From assembly GCA_001443445.1 (NCBI GenBank), contig LDXN01000001.1, positions 49,290 to 113,289 of the forward strand: a DNA stretch of 64,000 nt, written 5' to 3'. Positions 9,277 through 19,515 of this stretch are shown here, piece by piece. Numbering within the stretch: position 1 is the first letter of the stretch; each line of letters starts with the position of its first letter. The notes below the pieces were generated by a model that saw nothing but the letters and a program-made list of their open reading frames with translations, was not told the origin of the DNA and searched no databases. The DNA comes from Candidatus Dadabacteria bacterium CSP1-2. Lineage in GTDB: Bacteria; Desulfobacterota_D; UBA1144; Nemesobacterales; CSP1-2. The translations under genes and the position numbers were made by a program.

Positions 9277-10602
9277 ATGAGAAAAAAAATATTTGTGTTA
9301 GTATCTGTTTTTGCTTTCCTTTTTCTCTCTCTGAATTCTCGCTCAGATTCTGATAAAAAAATAATCCTTATTGAAATTGATGGAACAATCAATCCCGCCA
9401 CATTGGATTACATTCGGACGGGAATCGAGCATGCTGAGAAAAACTCTGCCGAGGCTTTGGTAATTCTTCTAGATACACCCGGTGGGCTTCTTGCATCTAC
9501 TAAGGAGATTGTTAAGCTAATTTTGAATTCACCTGTTCCAGTTGTTATATATGTTTCTCCAAGCGGAGCTACGGCTACTTCGGCAGGCGTTTTCATTACA
9601 CTTTCTGCGAATATTGCGGCTATGGCAGAGGGGACAAGTATTGGCGCTGCTCATCCTGTGATGATTTCTCCAGGCGGTGGCGGGGGACAAGGTGACACTG
9701 ATAAAGAGGATAGTGAAAGAAAAAAGTTTAGTGAAAAGGTTGAAAACTTCGCTTCTTCATTTATAGAGAGCATTGCCCAAAAGCGTAAGAGAAATGCCAA
9801 ATGGGCAATAGAGGCTGTAAGGAATAGCGCCTCAATCACTGAGACTGAGGCCTTAAACAAGAATGTTATTGATCTTATTTCCCCTGACCTAACAGACCTC
9901 ATTAGCAAGATTAATGGACGCCAGGTTGACATTCCTAGTGGTAAGAAGGTGCTTAATACAAAAGGGGCGCTCGTTGAAAGACTTGATATGAATGTTAAGC
10001 AAAAGTTAATTGATACTCTTAGCACCCCCGATATTGCCTTTCTTTTAATCTCCCTTGGTTCACTGGGGCTTCTTATAGAATTTTATAATCCGGGTTTGAT
10101 CTTCCCAGGTGTTGCGGGGGCAATATGTCTTCTACTTGGCCTTGTTTCACTACAGATACTTCCATTTAATTATGCTGGTCTTGCACTTCTTATTCTTTCA
10201 ATCATACTTTTCGCCTCTGAGATCTATGTGACGAGTTATGGACTACTAAGCATTGGAGGAATAACTAGTTTCATATTAGGAGCCCTTCTTCTATTTGATA
10301 CACCTGAATCGGATGTTAGGGTGGGATTCAGTGTGGTAATAAGCGCTGCTTCTGCAATCGGACTCTTCTTCCTTTATGTCGGCTACTATCTTCTAAAGGC
10401 CCAGCGCTCTAGTCTATCAGTGGGATTTGAAGGCCTTCTGGGAGAAGAGGGTGTTGCTACAACCAAAATAGAAAAAGACGGTAAGATTTTTATTCATGGT
10501 GAGTACTGGGATGCTGAAAGTGAGGAGACAATTGGTAAAGGTGATAAAGTAAAGGTGATTGAAGTCAAAGGTAATTTTAGATTAAAGGTAAAAAAGACTT
10601 AG
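9277..10602 (+). CDS. nfeD: NfeD-family membrane-bound ClpP-class serine protease
   Basis: 441 aa: signal peptide, ClpP-like domain 'DTPGGLLASTKEI', several TM helices and a C-terminal OB fold. It sits immediately upstream of the SPFH gene. Confidence 0.85.
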   Translation: MRKKIFVLVSVFAFLFLSLNSRSDSDKKIILIEIDGTINPATLDYIRTGIEHAEKNSAEALVILLDTPGGLLASTKEIVKLILNSPVPVVIYVSPSGATATSAGVFITLSANIAAMAEGTSIGAAHPVMISPGGGGGQGDTDKEDSERKKFSEKVENFASSFIESIAQKRKRNAKWAIEAVRNSASITETEALNKNVIDLISPDLTDLISKINGRQVDIPSGKKVLNTKGALVERLDMNVKQKLIDTLSTPDIAFLLISLGSLGLLIEFYNPGLIFPGVAGAICLLLGLVSLQILPFNYAGLALLILSIILFASEIYVTSYGLLSIGGITSFILGALLLFDTPESDVRVGFSVVISAASAIGLFFLYVGYYLLKAQRSSLSVGFEGLLGEEGVATTKIEKDGKIFIHGEYWDAESEETIGKGDKVKVIEVKGNFRLKVKKT

Positions 10603-10626
10603 GTTTCAAATAGGAGGAATATAGCC

Positions 10627-11373
10627 ATGTCTGCTATTTTTATATTTGTTGCTTTCATAATACTTTTTATCCTTGCAGGGATTAGGGTTTTAAATGAGTA
10701 CGAGCGTGGGGTGGTATTTAGACTGGGTCGAATTATCGAACCAAAGGGACCAGGGCTTAGATGGATAATTCCTGGGGTTGATAAGATGTTTAAAATTGGT
10801 CTTCGTGTAATTACCTTGGAGGTACCCTCACAGGATGTTATAACTAGGGACAACGTTTCTGTTAAGGTTAATGCAGTTGTTTACTTTCGTGTCGTTGATC
10901 CTGTTAAGGCTATAATTCAAGTGGAGAACTATCTTTATGCAACCTCTCAGCTTGCACAAACAACTTTAAGAAGCGTCCTCGGACAGGTAGAACTTGATGA
11001 CCTTCTTTCTGAAAGAGAAAAATTGAACATACGGCTTCAGGAGGTGCTCGATAAACATACAGATCCTTGGGGAATGAAGGTTTCTCTCGTTGAAGTAAAG
11101 TTCGTTGACCTTCCTCAAGAGATGCAGCGTGCAATGGCTAAACAGGCCGAAGCCGAAAGAGAGAGAAGAGCTAAGGTTATAAATGCTGAAGGAGAGTATC
11201 AGGCAGCAACTAGGCTTGCAGAGGCCTCAGATATACTTTCTCGGAATCCGATGTCGCTCCAGCTTAGGTACCTTCAGACTCTTATCGAAGTATCATCTGA
11301 AAAGAATTCCACACTTGTCTTTCCGATTCCAATTGATCTTCTCAGACCCTTTTTTGACAAATCCTCTAAGTGA
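10627..11373 (+). CDS. SPFH/band-7 (stomatin/prohibitin-like) protein
   Basis: 248 aa: '[14 protein letters not shown]', '[18 protein letters not shown]', coiled '[19 protein letters not shown]'. Classic NfeD-stomatin operon partner. Confidence 0.9.
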   Translation: MSAIFIFVAFIILFILAGIRVLNEYERGVVFRLGRIIEPKGPGLRWIIPGVDKMFKIGLRVITLEVPSQDVITRDNVSVKVNAVVYFRVVDPVKAIIQVENYLYATSQLAQTTLRSVLGQVELDDLLSEREKLNIRLQEVLDKHTDPWGMKVSLVEVKFVDLPQEMQRAMAKQAEAERERRAKVINAEGEYQAATRLAEASDILSRNPMSLQLRYLQTLIEVSSEKNSTLVFPIPIDLLRPFFDKSSK

Positions 11374-11406
11374 TAAACTGGTCTAATTCGATAAAGTACG
11401 GTATAG

Positions 11407-13068
11407 ATGCTACATAGATCCCTTTCCCTACTAATCCTTCTGGTTTTCACTCCAGTTTTGATTTCATGTAAGCCCGGCGGTAGCGAGACAAAATCATCTA
11501 GCGAAGAGTACTCAAAATACTCAGATACGGAGCCTGCTGAAGGTGACTGGCTTATTTATCATATTGGTGCAGAGCCAGCCACACTAAACCCCATCACAGC
11601 AACAGATGCGTATCAATCTATTGTGAATGCTGGAAACATTTATGAAACTCTTGTTAAACGAGATAATGAGACTCTTGAAATCATTCCTCTTCTAGCTGAT
11701 AGATGGGAGATTTCAGAAGATAAACTCGTCTACACCTTCTTTATCAAAAAGGGAATCAAGTGGCATGACGGTGTTCCATTTACCTCACATGACGTGGTTT
11801 TCTCATATGAGAAAATAATGGATCCAAAGGTTGATGCTCCTCATCTTAGAAATTATTACCAAGACATAAAAAGGGTTGAAGCCCTTGATGACTATACCGT
11901 TCGGTTTACATATTCTAGGCCCTACTTTTTGGCGCTTGAGTTCTGTGGCGGAATGGACATAGTTCCAAAGCATATATTTGAGAAGGGCGATTTTAATACT
12001 AATCCTGCGGGAAGGCACCCGATTGGAACAGGCCCGTATAAGTTTATAAAATGGGACACTGGAAAAGAGATAATCCTTGAGAGAAACGAAAGTTACTGGG
12101 GGGAAAAACTTAATATTAAACGAATTATATTTAAGATAATTACCGACCCTACAGTTACACTCCAAGTACTTAAGCGTGGTGAGATTGATTTTTCTGGTCT
12201 TACTCCTATACAGTGGTCGAGGCAGACTTCTTCAGAGCGTTTTAAAAAACACTTCGAGAAGCTAAGCTATTTCACACCGAACTATAGTTTTATAGGCTGG
12301 AATATAAATTCACCTTTCTTCTCGGATACACGTGTGAGAACCGCAATGACCTATCTTGTAAATAGAAAAATGATTCTCGAAAAAATTCTGTATGATCTAG
12401 GTGAGGTTGTAACAAACCCATTTTATATAAATAGCCCTGAGTATGACAAATCAATAAAGCCTTATCCATATGATTCTTCAACGGCAAAGCAACTCCTTGA
12501 CGAGGCTGGATGGGTTGATCATGATGGTGATGGAATCAGAGATAAAAAAGGAGTTAAGTTTGATTTTGAGTTTTTACTTCCTAGCGGTTCTGTTACGGGG
12601 GAGCAGATTTCAACGATATTGAAAGAAGAACTCAAGAAGGTAGGAATCAGGATGAATATAAGAAGGCTTGAATGGGCAGTATTTACAAAGCAGCTCGATG
12701 AAAGAAAATTCGATGCAGTGACCCTTTCATGGGTTATGGGTGTAGAGTCTGACCCATATCAAATCTGGCATTCCTCTCAAGCTGAAAGAGGATCTAATTT
12801 TGTGGGATTTAAAAATAAAGAGGCTGATCAATTAATAGAACAAGCCCGAACAGAATTTAACAGAAAAAAGAGGATAGAGCTTTATAGAAGGTTTGCTGAA
12901 ATTGTTTATCAAGATCAGCCGTACACTTTTCTCTTTTGCCGTAAATCAACGGTAGCCCTGCAGAGAAGATTCAAAGGGGTTAAGGTTCATCCACTCGGAT
13001 TAGACCCGCTTGAGTGGTTCGTGCCACTTCCTCTACAAAGGTATGGAGAAGTGGCTATGAGTCACTGA
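11407..13068 (+). CDS. oppA: oligopeptide ABC transporter substrate-binding lipoprotein (SBP family 5)
   Basis: 553 aa with lipobox 'VLISC' and the family-5 SBP fold. It precedes oppBCDF. Confidence 0.85.
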   Translation: MLHRSLSLLILLVFTPVLISCKPGGSETKSSSEEYSKYSDTEPAEGDWLIYHIGAEPATLNPITATDAYQSIVNAGNIYETLVKRDNETLEIIPLLADRWEISEDKLVYTFFIKKGIKWHDGVPFTSHDVVFSYEKIMDPKVDAPHLRNYYQDIKRVEALDDYTVRFTYSRPYFLALEFCGGMDIVPKHIFEKGDFNTNPAGRHPIGTGPYKFIKWDTGKEIILERNESYWGEKLNIKRIIFKIITDPTVTLQVLKRGEIDFSGLTPIQWSRQTSSERFKKHFEKLSYFTPNYSFIGWNINSPFFSDTRVRTAMTYLVNRKMILEKILYDLGEVVTNPFYINSPEYDKSIKPYPYDSSTAKQLLDEAGWVDHDGDGIRDKKGVKFDFEFLLPSGSVTGEQISTILKEELKKVGIRMNIRRLEWAVFTKQLDERKFDAVTLSWVMGVESDPYQIWHSSQAERGSNFVGFKNKEADQLIEQARTEFNRKKRIELYRRFAEIVYQDQPYTFLFCRKSTVALQRRFKGVKVHPLGLDPLEWFVPLPLQRYGEVAMSH

Positions 13069-13087
13069 ATCATATAGATTGTCTATG

Positions 13088-13150
13088 TGGAGTGGTTCGT
13101 GATTAGTGTTTCGTGATTCGAACCACGAGCCACGATTCACGAATCACGAT
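13088..13150. repeat. REP-like 'CACGAA/TTCGTG' hairpin element in oppA-oppB spacer (family F)
   Basis: 'TGGTTCGTGATTAGTGTTTCGTGATTCG' is an imperfect inverted complement of 'AACCACGAGCCACGATTCACGAATCACGA'. The element lies between the oppA stop and the true oppB start. Confidence 0.65.
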
Positions 13151-14152
13151 ATGAGAACCTATTTACTAAAACGTTTATTCCTAATTATACCAACGCTTCT
13201 GGGTATAACCCTTGTCACCTTCTTTGTCATTCAGCTTGCCCCAGGAAACCCTGTTTCGAGAAAGCTCCAGGTTGGTGAAGGAGTTAAAGCTGAGGCTATT
13301 ACGAAGGATATTATAGAGCAGACTAAAAAGTTATATGGTCTTGATAAACCGATTTACATACGCTACTGGATATGGTTGAAGCAAATAGCTACTCTAGATT
13401 TCGGTCGCTCATATAAAGACCATCGCCCTGTAATTCAGAAAATCGCAGAAAGGCTACCTGTAACCCTTTCTATAAATATTATTTCAATATTACTTGTTTA
13501 TATCATTTCGATTCCACTTGGTGTTTATTCTGCTGTCACACAGGGGAGTATCAGAGATCGAGCTATCACATTTTTTCTTTTCGCGCTTTATTCAATCCCA
13601 AGTTTCTGGCTTGCTATGGTTTTAATATACTTTTTGGGTGGCGGTGAGTTTTGGGATGTTTTCCCAATCTATGGAATCCTTTCTCCAGGGGCAGAGAACT
13701 ATCCATTTTTAAAAAAGCTTCTAAATTTTCTCTGGCATATTACTCTTCCAGTGATTTGCCTAACGTATGGAGATTTAGCTTACCTTTCACGTTATCAGAG
13801 AGGAAGCCTTCTTGAGGTTCTTCGCTCAGAATTTATAAGAACAGCGCGGGCAAAGGGACTCACAGAGTCAAACGTTATATTCAAGCATGCCCTTAGAAAT
13901 GCCCTAATACCTATAATTACAATCGTTGCATCGGTACTACCAGCTATGATTGGAGGAAGTGTAATAATAGAAAGTATTTTCTCTATTCCTGGAATTGGGC
14001 AGCTTGGTTTTGAAGCTGTGCTCTCGAGGGATTATCCAGTTATAATGGCGATTGCTACCATATCGGCCTTTCTTACTCTTATTGGAATATTAATATCAGA
14101 TCTGGCTTACGTGATGGTAGACCCAAGAATAAGCTTTGAAGGAAAAAGATGA
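13151..14152 (+). CDS. oppB: oligopeptide ABC transporter permease
   Basis: 'MRTYLLKRLFLIIPTLLGITLVTFFVIQ' matches the OppB N-terminus. The longer GTG ORF from 13106 would translate through the REP element. Confidence 0.9.
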   Translation: MRTYLLKRLFLIIPTLLGITLVTFFVIQLAPGNPVSRKLQVGEGVKAEAITKDIIEQTKKLYGLDKPIYIRYWIWLKQIATLDFGRSYKDHRPVIQKIAERLPVTLSINIISILLVYIISIPLGVYSAVTQGSIRDRAITFFLFALYSIPSFWLAMVLIYFLGGGEFWDVFPIYGILSPGAENYPFLKKLLNFLWHITLPVICLTYGDLAYLSRYQRGSLLEVLRSEFIRTARAKGLTESNVIFKHALRNALIPIITIVASVLPAMIGGSVIIESIFSIPGIGQLGFEAVLSRDYPVIMAIATISAFLTLIGILISDLAYVMVDPRISFEGKR

Positions 14153-15186
14153 ATACTCAAGTTGTGGGTGTTAGCCAAGTATATCAGCCAATTCCAAAAA
14201 GCCCTGGTTACTGGGGTACTGTCTGGATTGAGTTCAAAAAAGATAAATTAGCTATGACGGCGCTATGTGTGATACTGTTCCTTTTCATTGTTGCAATCTT
14301 CTCTGACTTTATAGCGGGGAATAAACCAATATTTCTTAAATGGAATGGGAAGATGTATTTTCCAGTCCTTTTCGAATACAAGGAGTTGTTCAATGTAGAT
14401 TTTAAAGAGCTTACTGAGAGCCTACCTAAAGATAATTTTGCTGTATACCCACCTATAAGATACAGTGATACTGAGTATGACCTTCTATCTGTTCTCTCCC
14501 CGCCAACTAGGTCCCATCTTTTTGGAACAGATGACAGGGGCCGTGATGTGTTAAGCCGGATGATTCATGGTACAAGAATATCGCTCTCGATTGGTTTTGT
14601 CGCCGTTGGAATTGCAGTAGTGATTGGGATTTTCTTGGGTGTGATTGCAGGATACTATGGAGGGATAACCGACTTTATTGTTTCAAGGCTTTTTGAGATA
14701 ATGATAACTTTCCCTGTATTTTTTCTTATTCTTACAATACTAGCATTTAGAGACCCTAGTATTTACAACATTATGATTGTTATTGGAGCAACGGGATGGA
14801 CAGGGATAGCGAGGCTTGTAAGAGGAGAGTTTCTACGATTAAGGAAGTATAGTTATGTAGAGGCTGCGATTGCTCTAGGAAGCCCTGATTTTAGGGTTAT
14901 GTTAAAGCATATGCTGCCGAATGCTTTTGCCCCAGTTTTGGTTGCTTCTACATTTGGAGTAGCTGGAGCAATTTTGGTAGAGTCTGCATTAAGCTTTCTT
15001 GGGTTTGGTGTTCCACCACCAGAGCCGAGCTGGGGGGATGTACTTTCACAATCTCAGAGGTATGTGGATTTTGCCTGGTGGCTTGTTCTATTTCCTGGGG
15101 CGGCTATATTTACCACAGTAACCGCTTTTAATTTGGTTGGTGAGGGGTTTAGAGATGCTATTGATCCAAGGTTAAGGGGGAGATAG
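14149..15186 (+). CDS. oppC: oligopeptide ABC transporter permease
   Basis: 345 aa; BPD-transporter motif 'EAAIALGSPDFRVMLKHMLPN'. Confidence 0.9.
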   Translation: MNTQVVGVSQVYQPIPKSPGYWGTVWIEFKKDKLAMTALCVILFLFIVAIFSDFIAGNKPIFLKWNGKMYFPVLFEYKELFNVDFKELTESLPKDNFAVYPPIRYSDTEYDLLSVLSPPTRSHLFGTDDRGRDVLSRMIHGTRISLSIGFVAVGIAVVIGIFLGVIAGYYGGITDFIVSRLFEIMITFPVFFLILTILAFRDPSIYNIMIVIGATGWTGIARLVRGEFLRLRKYSYVEAAIALGSPDFRVMLKHMLPNAFAPVLVASTFGVAGAILVESALSFLGFGVPPPEPSWGDVLSQSQRYVDFAWWLVLFPGAAIFTTVTAFNLVGEGFRDAIDPRLRGR

Positions 15187-15265
15187 GTCTGACTTTTAAG
15201 GTAATACATGATATTTTAGATCGCTATAGTTCAATCTCGCAAAGTGAGGGTAAAGGCAACGTCTT

Positions 15266-16300
15266 ATGAGAAATATTGTTGAAATAAAGGATCTGAGGGT
15301 ATCGTTTGGAAGCAACGGGGAAAGACTTGAAGCCGTGAGTGGCATTTCGATTTCCGTTCCTGAAAGGTCTACAGTCGGAATAGTAGGAGAAAGCGGTTGT
15401 GGAAAAACGGTGACAGCACTTTCAATCATGCGACTCATTCCAGAACCAACCGGAAGGGTTGACGATGGTGAGATAATATTCGATGGCGCGGATCTACTAA
15501 AGCTTTCGGAAAGAGATATGAGAGCGATTCGTGGGAACAGAATCTCTATGATCTTTCAGGAGCCTATAAGCTCTCTTAATCCAGTTTTTTCGATTGGGGA
15601 ACAGATTGGAGAGGCTATCAGAACTCATCTTAAGGTATCTAAAAGAGAGGAAAGGGAACGTGTTTTAGAGCTTCTAAGACTCGTGAAGATACCAGAACCT
15701 CATAAGAGACTAAACAGTTATCCACATGAGTTGAGCGGTGGAATGTGTCAGAGGGTGATGATTGCAATGGCTCTATCGTGTAATCCAGAGCTTCTTATCG
15801 CAGATGAGCCTACAACAGCACTCGACGTTACAATTCAGGCTAGTATCCTAGAATTAATTAGCGAACTTAAAGAAAAAATAGGGATGTCCATTCTTCTTAT
15901 TACACACGATCTTGGAATAATCTCCGAGGTTGCAGACAAGGTTTATGTTATGTACGCAGGGAAGATTGTAGAAGAAGCACCAGTGATAAATCTATTTAAG
16001 AATCCTCGTCATCCATATACTGTAGGGCTTATGAACTCAGTTCCTAGCTTGCATAGCAGGAAGGAAAGGTTAAGGGCGATTCCCGGAATCGTTCCGGGTT
16101 ATAAAGACCTTCCGATAGGGTGCAGGTTTCAGGATAGATGTCCAATGGTAATAGACAAATGTAGAATTTCTGAGCCACCTCTTAGACAGATTGAGGATGG
16201 GCATGTCTCTGCTTGCTTTAGGGCGGAGGAGGTAAGCCTGGGCTTTTTAAATGAAGCTACAGCTAAAAGCGAGAAGTTAAGGAATGAGGAATGGCAATGA
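15266..16300 (+). CDS. oppD: oligopeptide ABC transporter ATP-binding protein
   Basis: Walker A 'GESGCGKT', signature 'LSGGMCQR', and an oligopeptide C-terminal Cys cluster. Confidence 0.9.
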   Translation: MRNIVEIKDLRVSFGSNGERLEAVSGISISVPERSTVGIVGESGCGKTVTALSIMRLIPEPTGRVDDGEIIFDGADLLKLSERDMRAIRGNRISMIFQEPISSLNPVFSIGEQIGEAIRTHLKVSKREERERVLELLRLVKIPEPHKRLNSYPHELSGGMCQRVMIAMALSCNPELLIADEPTTALDVTIQASILELISELKEKIGMSILLITHDLGIISEVADKVYVMYAGKIVEEAPVINLFKNPRHPYTVGLMNSVPSLHSRKERLRAIPGIVPGYKDLPIGCRFQDRCPMVIDKCRISEPPLRQIEDGHVSACFRAEEVSLGFLNEATAKSEKLRNEEWQ

Positions 16301-16439
16301 GGAAGTAATAACATTTTTAATGTAAATATGATTAGAACATTAACGGTAAAAAAGCAGATGGTAGGAACGGCGGGATCTGGGGTAGTGATCAAGAGGGAGG
16401 GTAGTTAGGGAACCTCTTCCAGCCGTGAATAGGTCGCGC

Positions 16440-16530
16440 TAGTCCTGTCCTGAGCCGAAGCCCTGAACCCTTCGATACCTCAGGATAAACTCCGTGAAGG
16501 GTCTGTCGAAGGAATGGCGGTCCTACTGAT
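16440..16530. repeat. MITE family B-related repeat in oppD-oppF spacer
   Basis: 'GTCCTGTCCTGAGCCGAAG...TGTCGAAGGAATGGCGGTCC'. Shares the GTCCTGAG and TCGAAGG core motifs. Confidence 0.55.
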
Positions 16531-16538
16531 AAACTTCT

Positions 16539-17507
16539 ATGGAACTTAGAGAACTAGTAAGAATTGAAAAACTAAAAAAATTCTTTCCTGTAAAGTCAGG
16601 TGTATTCTCTCAAGTAGATAATTACGTAAAAGCCGTTGACGGGATAGATTTAAGTATATTTGAAGGTGAGACACTTGGGCTAGTGGGAGAAAGCGGGTGT
16701 GGCAAGACAACACTTGGAAAGACTGCTATAAAACTACTTGAGCCTACCGAAGGCGTTATTTTCTTTAATGGACGAGATATAACTAATTTGAATTCTGGTG
16801 AGATGCGTCGCCTAAGACGCGAGATGCAGATAATCTTTCAGGACCCTTATGGATCACTTAATCCGAGGATGAAGGTTGAAAGTATTGTAGGTGAGGGACT
16901 TACGATACACAATATAATTCCTAGAAAGGAAAGAAGAGCCGAGGTTAAGAGGCTTCTTGAAACTGTAGGTCTCAGGGAGGATGTGCTTTTTCGTTATCCA
17001 CATGAGTTCAGCGGGGGGCAGCGTCAGAGAATCGCAATAGCTCGTGCGCTTGCTGTAAAGCCTAAGTTTATAGTTTGCGACGAGCCAGTTTCATCCCTTG
17101 ACGTTTCAGTTCAAGCACAGATAATAAACCTCCTTCTTACACTTCAAGAAGAATTCAAGCTTACATATCTTTTTATATCTCATGACCTTCGTGTCGTGAG
17201 GCATATTAGTGACAGGGTATCTGTAATGTATCTAGGAAAAATAGTAGAACTGGCTGAAAGTGAGGAACTATACAAAAATCCGCTTCATCCCTACACTCAG
17301 GTTCTGCTTTCTTCTGTTCCTATTCTGGATCCAGAGACGAAGAGAAAGATTATAATTCTCCCCGGTGATGTCCCAAGCCCGATTGATCCACCTTCTGGAT
17401 GTAGGTTTCATCCCCGGTGCCCGATTGCGGTTGAAAGATGCAAAAATGAGGAGCCGGTATTACGAGATGTTGGTAGAGGGCACATGGTTGCTTGTCATCT
17501 AGTTTAG
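16539..17507 (+). CDS. oppF: oligopeptide ABC transporter ATP-binding protein
   Basis: Walker A 'GESGCGKTT', 'FSGGQRQR', and a C-terminal 'CRFHPRCP' motif. Confidence 0.9.
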   Translation: MELRELVRIEKLKKFFPVKSGVFSQVDNYVKAVDGIDLSIFEGETLGLVGESGCGKTTLGKTAIKLLEPTEGVIFFNGRDITNLNSGEMRRLRREMQIIFQDPYGSLNPRMKVESIVGEGLTIHNIIPRKERRAEVKRLLETVGLREDVLFRYPHEFSGGQRQRIAIARALAVKPKFIVCDEPVSSLDVSVQAQIINLLLTLQEEFKLTYLFISHDLRVVRHISDRVSVMYLGKIVELAESEELYKNPLHPYTQVLLSSVPILDPETKRKIIILPGDVPSPIDPPSGCRFHPRCPIAVERCKNEEPVLRDVGRGHMVACHLV

Positions 17508-17587
17508 ATAGGAGAATAGGAATCAACTTGCAAATACCCTTTCTTGTATTATATTTTAGAAAACAAATTGTAGTTTAAAAATATAAA

Positions 17588-18103
17588 ATGAAAATTAGAG
17601 TATCCGATATGGGTGAATCCGGACTACATATAAAAACGTTTAGAAAGCCTGAATGGCTTACCAACATTCCTGAGCTTTCTTCAGATGAAGGGGATACCCA
17701 TCTTTCTTCAAACATCAATGTTGATCTTCTTCTAACGAAAGTATTAAAAGAAATCTCAGTTCGCGGAAATATTTGGTTCTCGATTGAAACACCATGTGCA
17801 AGGTGCCTCGATACAATGGATTTAATTCTCGAACCAGAGGTGAATTTGATTCTTCTGCCCGAATATCTTCCGCACGAAAAGGATGAAGATATTGATTTTG
17901 AGACTTACAAAGGAGATGAGATTGATCTAGGTGGTTATCTTCGTGAGCTTATTGCTATGTCTTTGCCTATAAAGGTACTCTGCGTTGAGGAGTGCAAGGG
18001 ACTCTGCCCCAACTGCGGTGTCAACTTGAATCTAGAGGAGTGTTCTTGCAAAGATAATTGGGTTGACCCTAGGTTTGCAGTCCTTAGAAATCTGAAGGTT
18101 TAG
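17588..18103 (+). CDS. yceD: YceD/DUF177 family protein (23S rRNA accumulation protein)
   Basis: 171 aa with a C-terminal 'CxxC...C.C' cluster 'CKGLCPNCGVNLNLEECSC'. Conserved position upstream of rpmF-plsX. Confidence 0.85.
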   Translation: MKIRVSDMGESGLHIKTFRKPEWLTNIPELSSDEGDTHLSSNINVDLLLTKVLKEISVRGNIWFSIETPCARCLDTMDLILEPEVNLILLPEYLPHEKDEDIDFETYKGDEIDLGGYLRELIAMSLPIKVLCVEECKGLCPNCGVNLNLEECSCKDNWVDPRFAVLRNLKV

Positions 18104-18296
18104 GATTAAATTTCAGACAAGAATTGACAAAAATGATCACGAATGAAAATAGGCGGGATGCAGGATACAAGATTCAGGATGCATGATACATGATAAAAGA
18201 TGTAACTTTCATGCATCTTGCATCATTTTATTCGTATAAATTCGTGTTCGTTTCTGCCTAAGTAGTTACGTTTAGAAGCTAAAAGAGGAGATTATA

Positions 18297-18479
18297 ATGG
18301 CGCTTCCAAAGAGAAAACCTTCTAAGTCCAAGTCAAGAAAGCGACGGACTCACTACAAGATTTCCAATCCGAGCCTTTCTTTATGTCCCAATTGTAATGA
18401 GCTTAAACCTCCCCACAGGGTTTGTCCACACTGTGGGTTTTATAAAGGAAGGACATTCAAAAAAGCAGCGGAGGAGTAG
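18297..18479 (+). CDS. rpmF: 50S ribosomal protein L32
   Basis: 60 aa: '[21 protein letters not shown]...[22 protein letters not shown]'. Confidence 0.95.
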   Translation: MALPKRKPSKSKSRKRRTHYKISNPSLSLCPNCNELKPPHRVCPHCGFYKGRTFKKAAEE

Positions 18480-18486
18480 GAGGATA

Positions 18487-19503
18487 ATGAAGATCGCTCT
18501 TGATGCAATGGGCGGGGATTTTGCTCCAAGGGCAGTGGTTGAGGGTGCTCTTCTAGCGGCAAGGGAAATTGAGAGCTCTGTAATTCTTGTTGGGAAAAAG
18601 GATGAGATTACAAGAGAATTATCTCAATTTGGAGAGATGGGAAAAGAAAAGATAGATATTGTTCATGCATCTCAAGTAGTTGAGATGAAAGAACCAATCG
18701 CAAAAGCTATACGAAAATCCGACTCTTCTATTAAGGCTTCAGCAGAACTTGTCAGAAGAGGAGAAGCAGATGCGTTTGTGAGCATGGGGCATTCAGGAGC
18801 GGTAATGGCATTGGGAATGATTACCCTAGGGAAAATTAGCGGTGTTGAAAGACCTGCCTTATGCGCTGTAATCCCTACATTGAAAGGTTCTGCTGTTTTA
18901 ATTGATGTAGGGGCTAACGTCGACTCAAAACCAATCAACTTGGTTCAGTTTGCAATTATGGGCGAGGCGTTTGCGAGAATCATCCTAGAGCGTGAAAATC
19001 CAAAAGTAGGCCTTCTCAGCAACGGCGAAGAGGAGATTAAAGGGAATGAGATCACAAAGCGTACTCACTCCCTACTAAAGGAGTGCTCGATCAACTATAT
19101 AGGTTATGTAGAGGGAAAGGACCTCCTATTAGGCGATATAGATATAATAGTTTGTGATGGATTTATAGGGAACATTATACTCAAAATGGGTGAGGGCTTC
19201 GTTGAGCTTTTGCCAAAATTTATAATGAAAAGGGCGTTAGGCAATTCAGAAATAGCGAGATACCTACCTTCTCTTGAGGAATTTGAACACTTGATCAGAG
19301 AAAAATTTGACTATAATGAATATGGGGGTGCACCTCTTTTGGGAGTAAAAGGTATATGTATTGTGGGTCACGGAAGATCAAAAGCGAAGGCTATAAAAAA
19401 TGCGATTCGGATGGCGGAGGAATTCATAAAGCGCGACTTGGTAAATAAGGTTGAGAAAGAGTTCACGGCTAATATTAGGCTAAGTAGAGATTTAACGAAC
19501 TAA
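18487..19503 (+). CDS. plsX: phosphate acyltransferase PlsX
   Basis: 'MKIALDAMGGDFAP' is the PlsX N-terminus. The longest ORF from 18397 overlaps rpmF, so the internal ATG at 18487 is preferred. Confidence 0.9.
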   Translation: MKIALDAMGGDFAPRAVVEGALLAAREIESSVILVGKKDEITRELSQFGEMGKEKIDIVHASQVVEMKEPIAKAIRKSDSSIKASAELVRRGEADAFVSMGHSGAVMALGMITLGKISGVERPALCAVIPTLKGSAVLIDVGANVDSKPINLVQFAIMGEAFARIILERENPKVGLLSNGEEEIKGNEITKRTHSLLKECSINYIGYVEGKDLLLGDIDIIVCDGFIGNIILKMGEGFVELLPKFIMKRALGNSEIARYLPSLEEFEHLIREKFDYNEYGGAPLLGVKGICIVGHGRSKAKAIKNAIRMAEEFIKRDLVNKVEKEFTANIRLSRDLTN

Positions 19504-19515
19504 GACTTAAATTCT

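Noticed and set aside
13081-13150. GTGGTTCG / GATTCGAACC motifs resembling a tRNA T-loop
   Set aside because: No cloverleaf of about 75 nt can be drawn. The motifs are part of the CACGAA/TTCGTG palindromic repeat family. I saw no credible tRNA or rRNA anywhere in the window.
4047-18168. Exact 13-mer GATGCAGGATACA shared by the rpsO-pnp and yceD-rpmF spacers as evidence of a common regulator
   Set aside because: About 30 identical 13-mer pairs are expected by chance in 64 kb. Kept only as a low-interest note.
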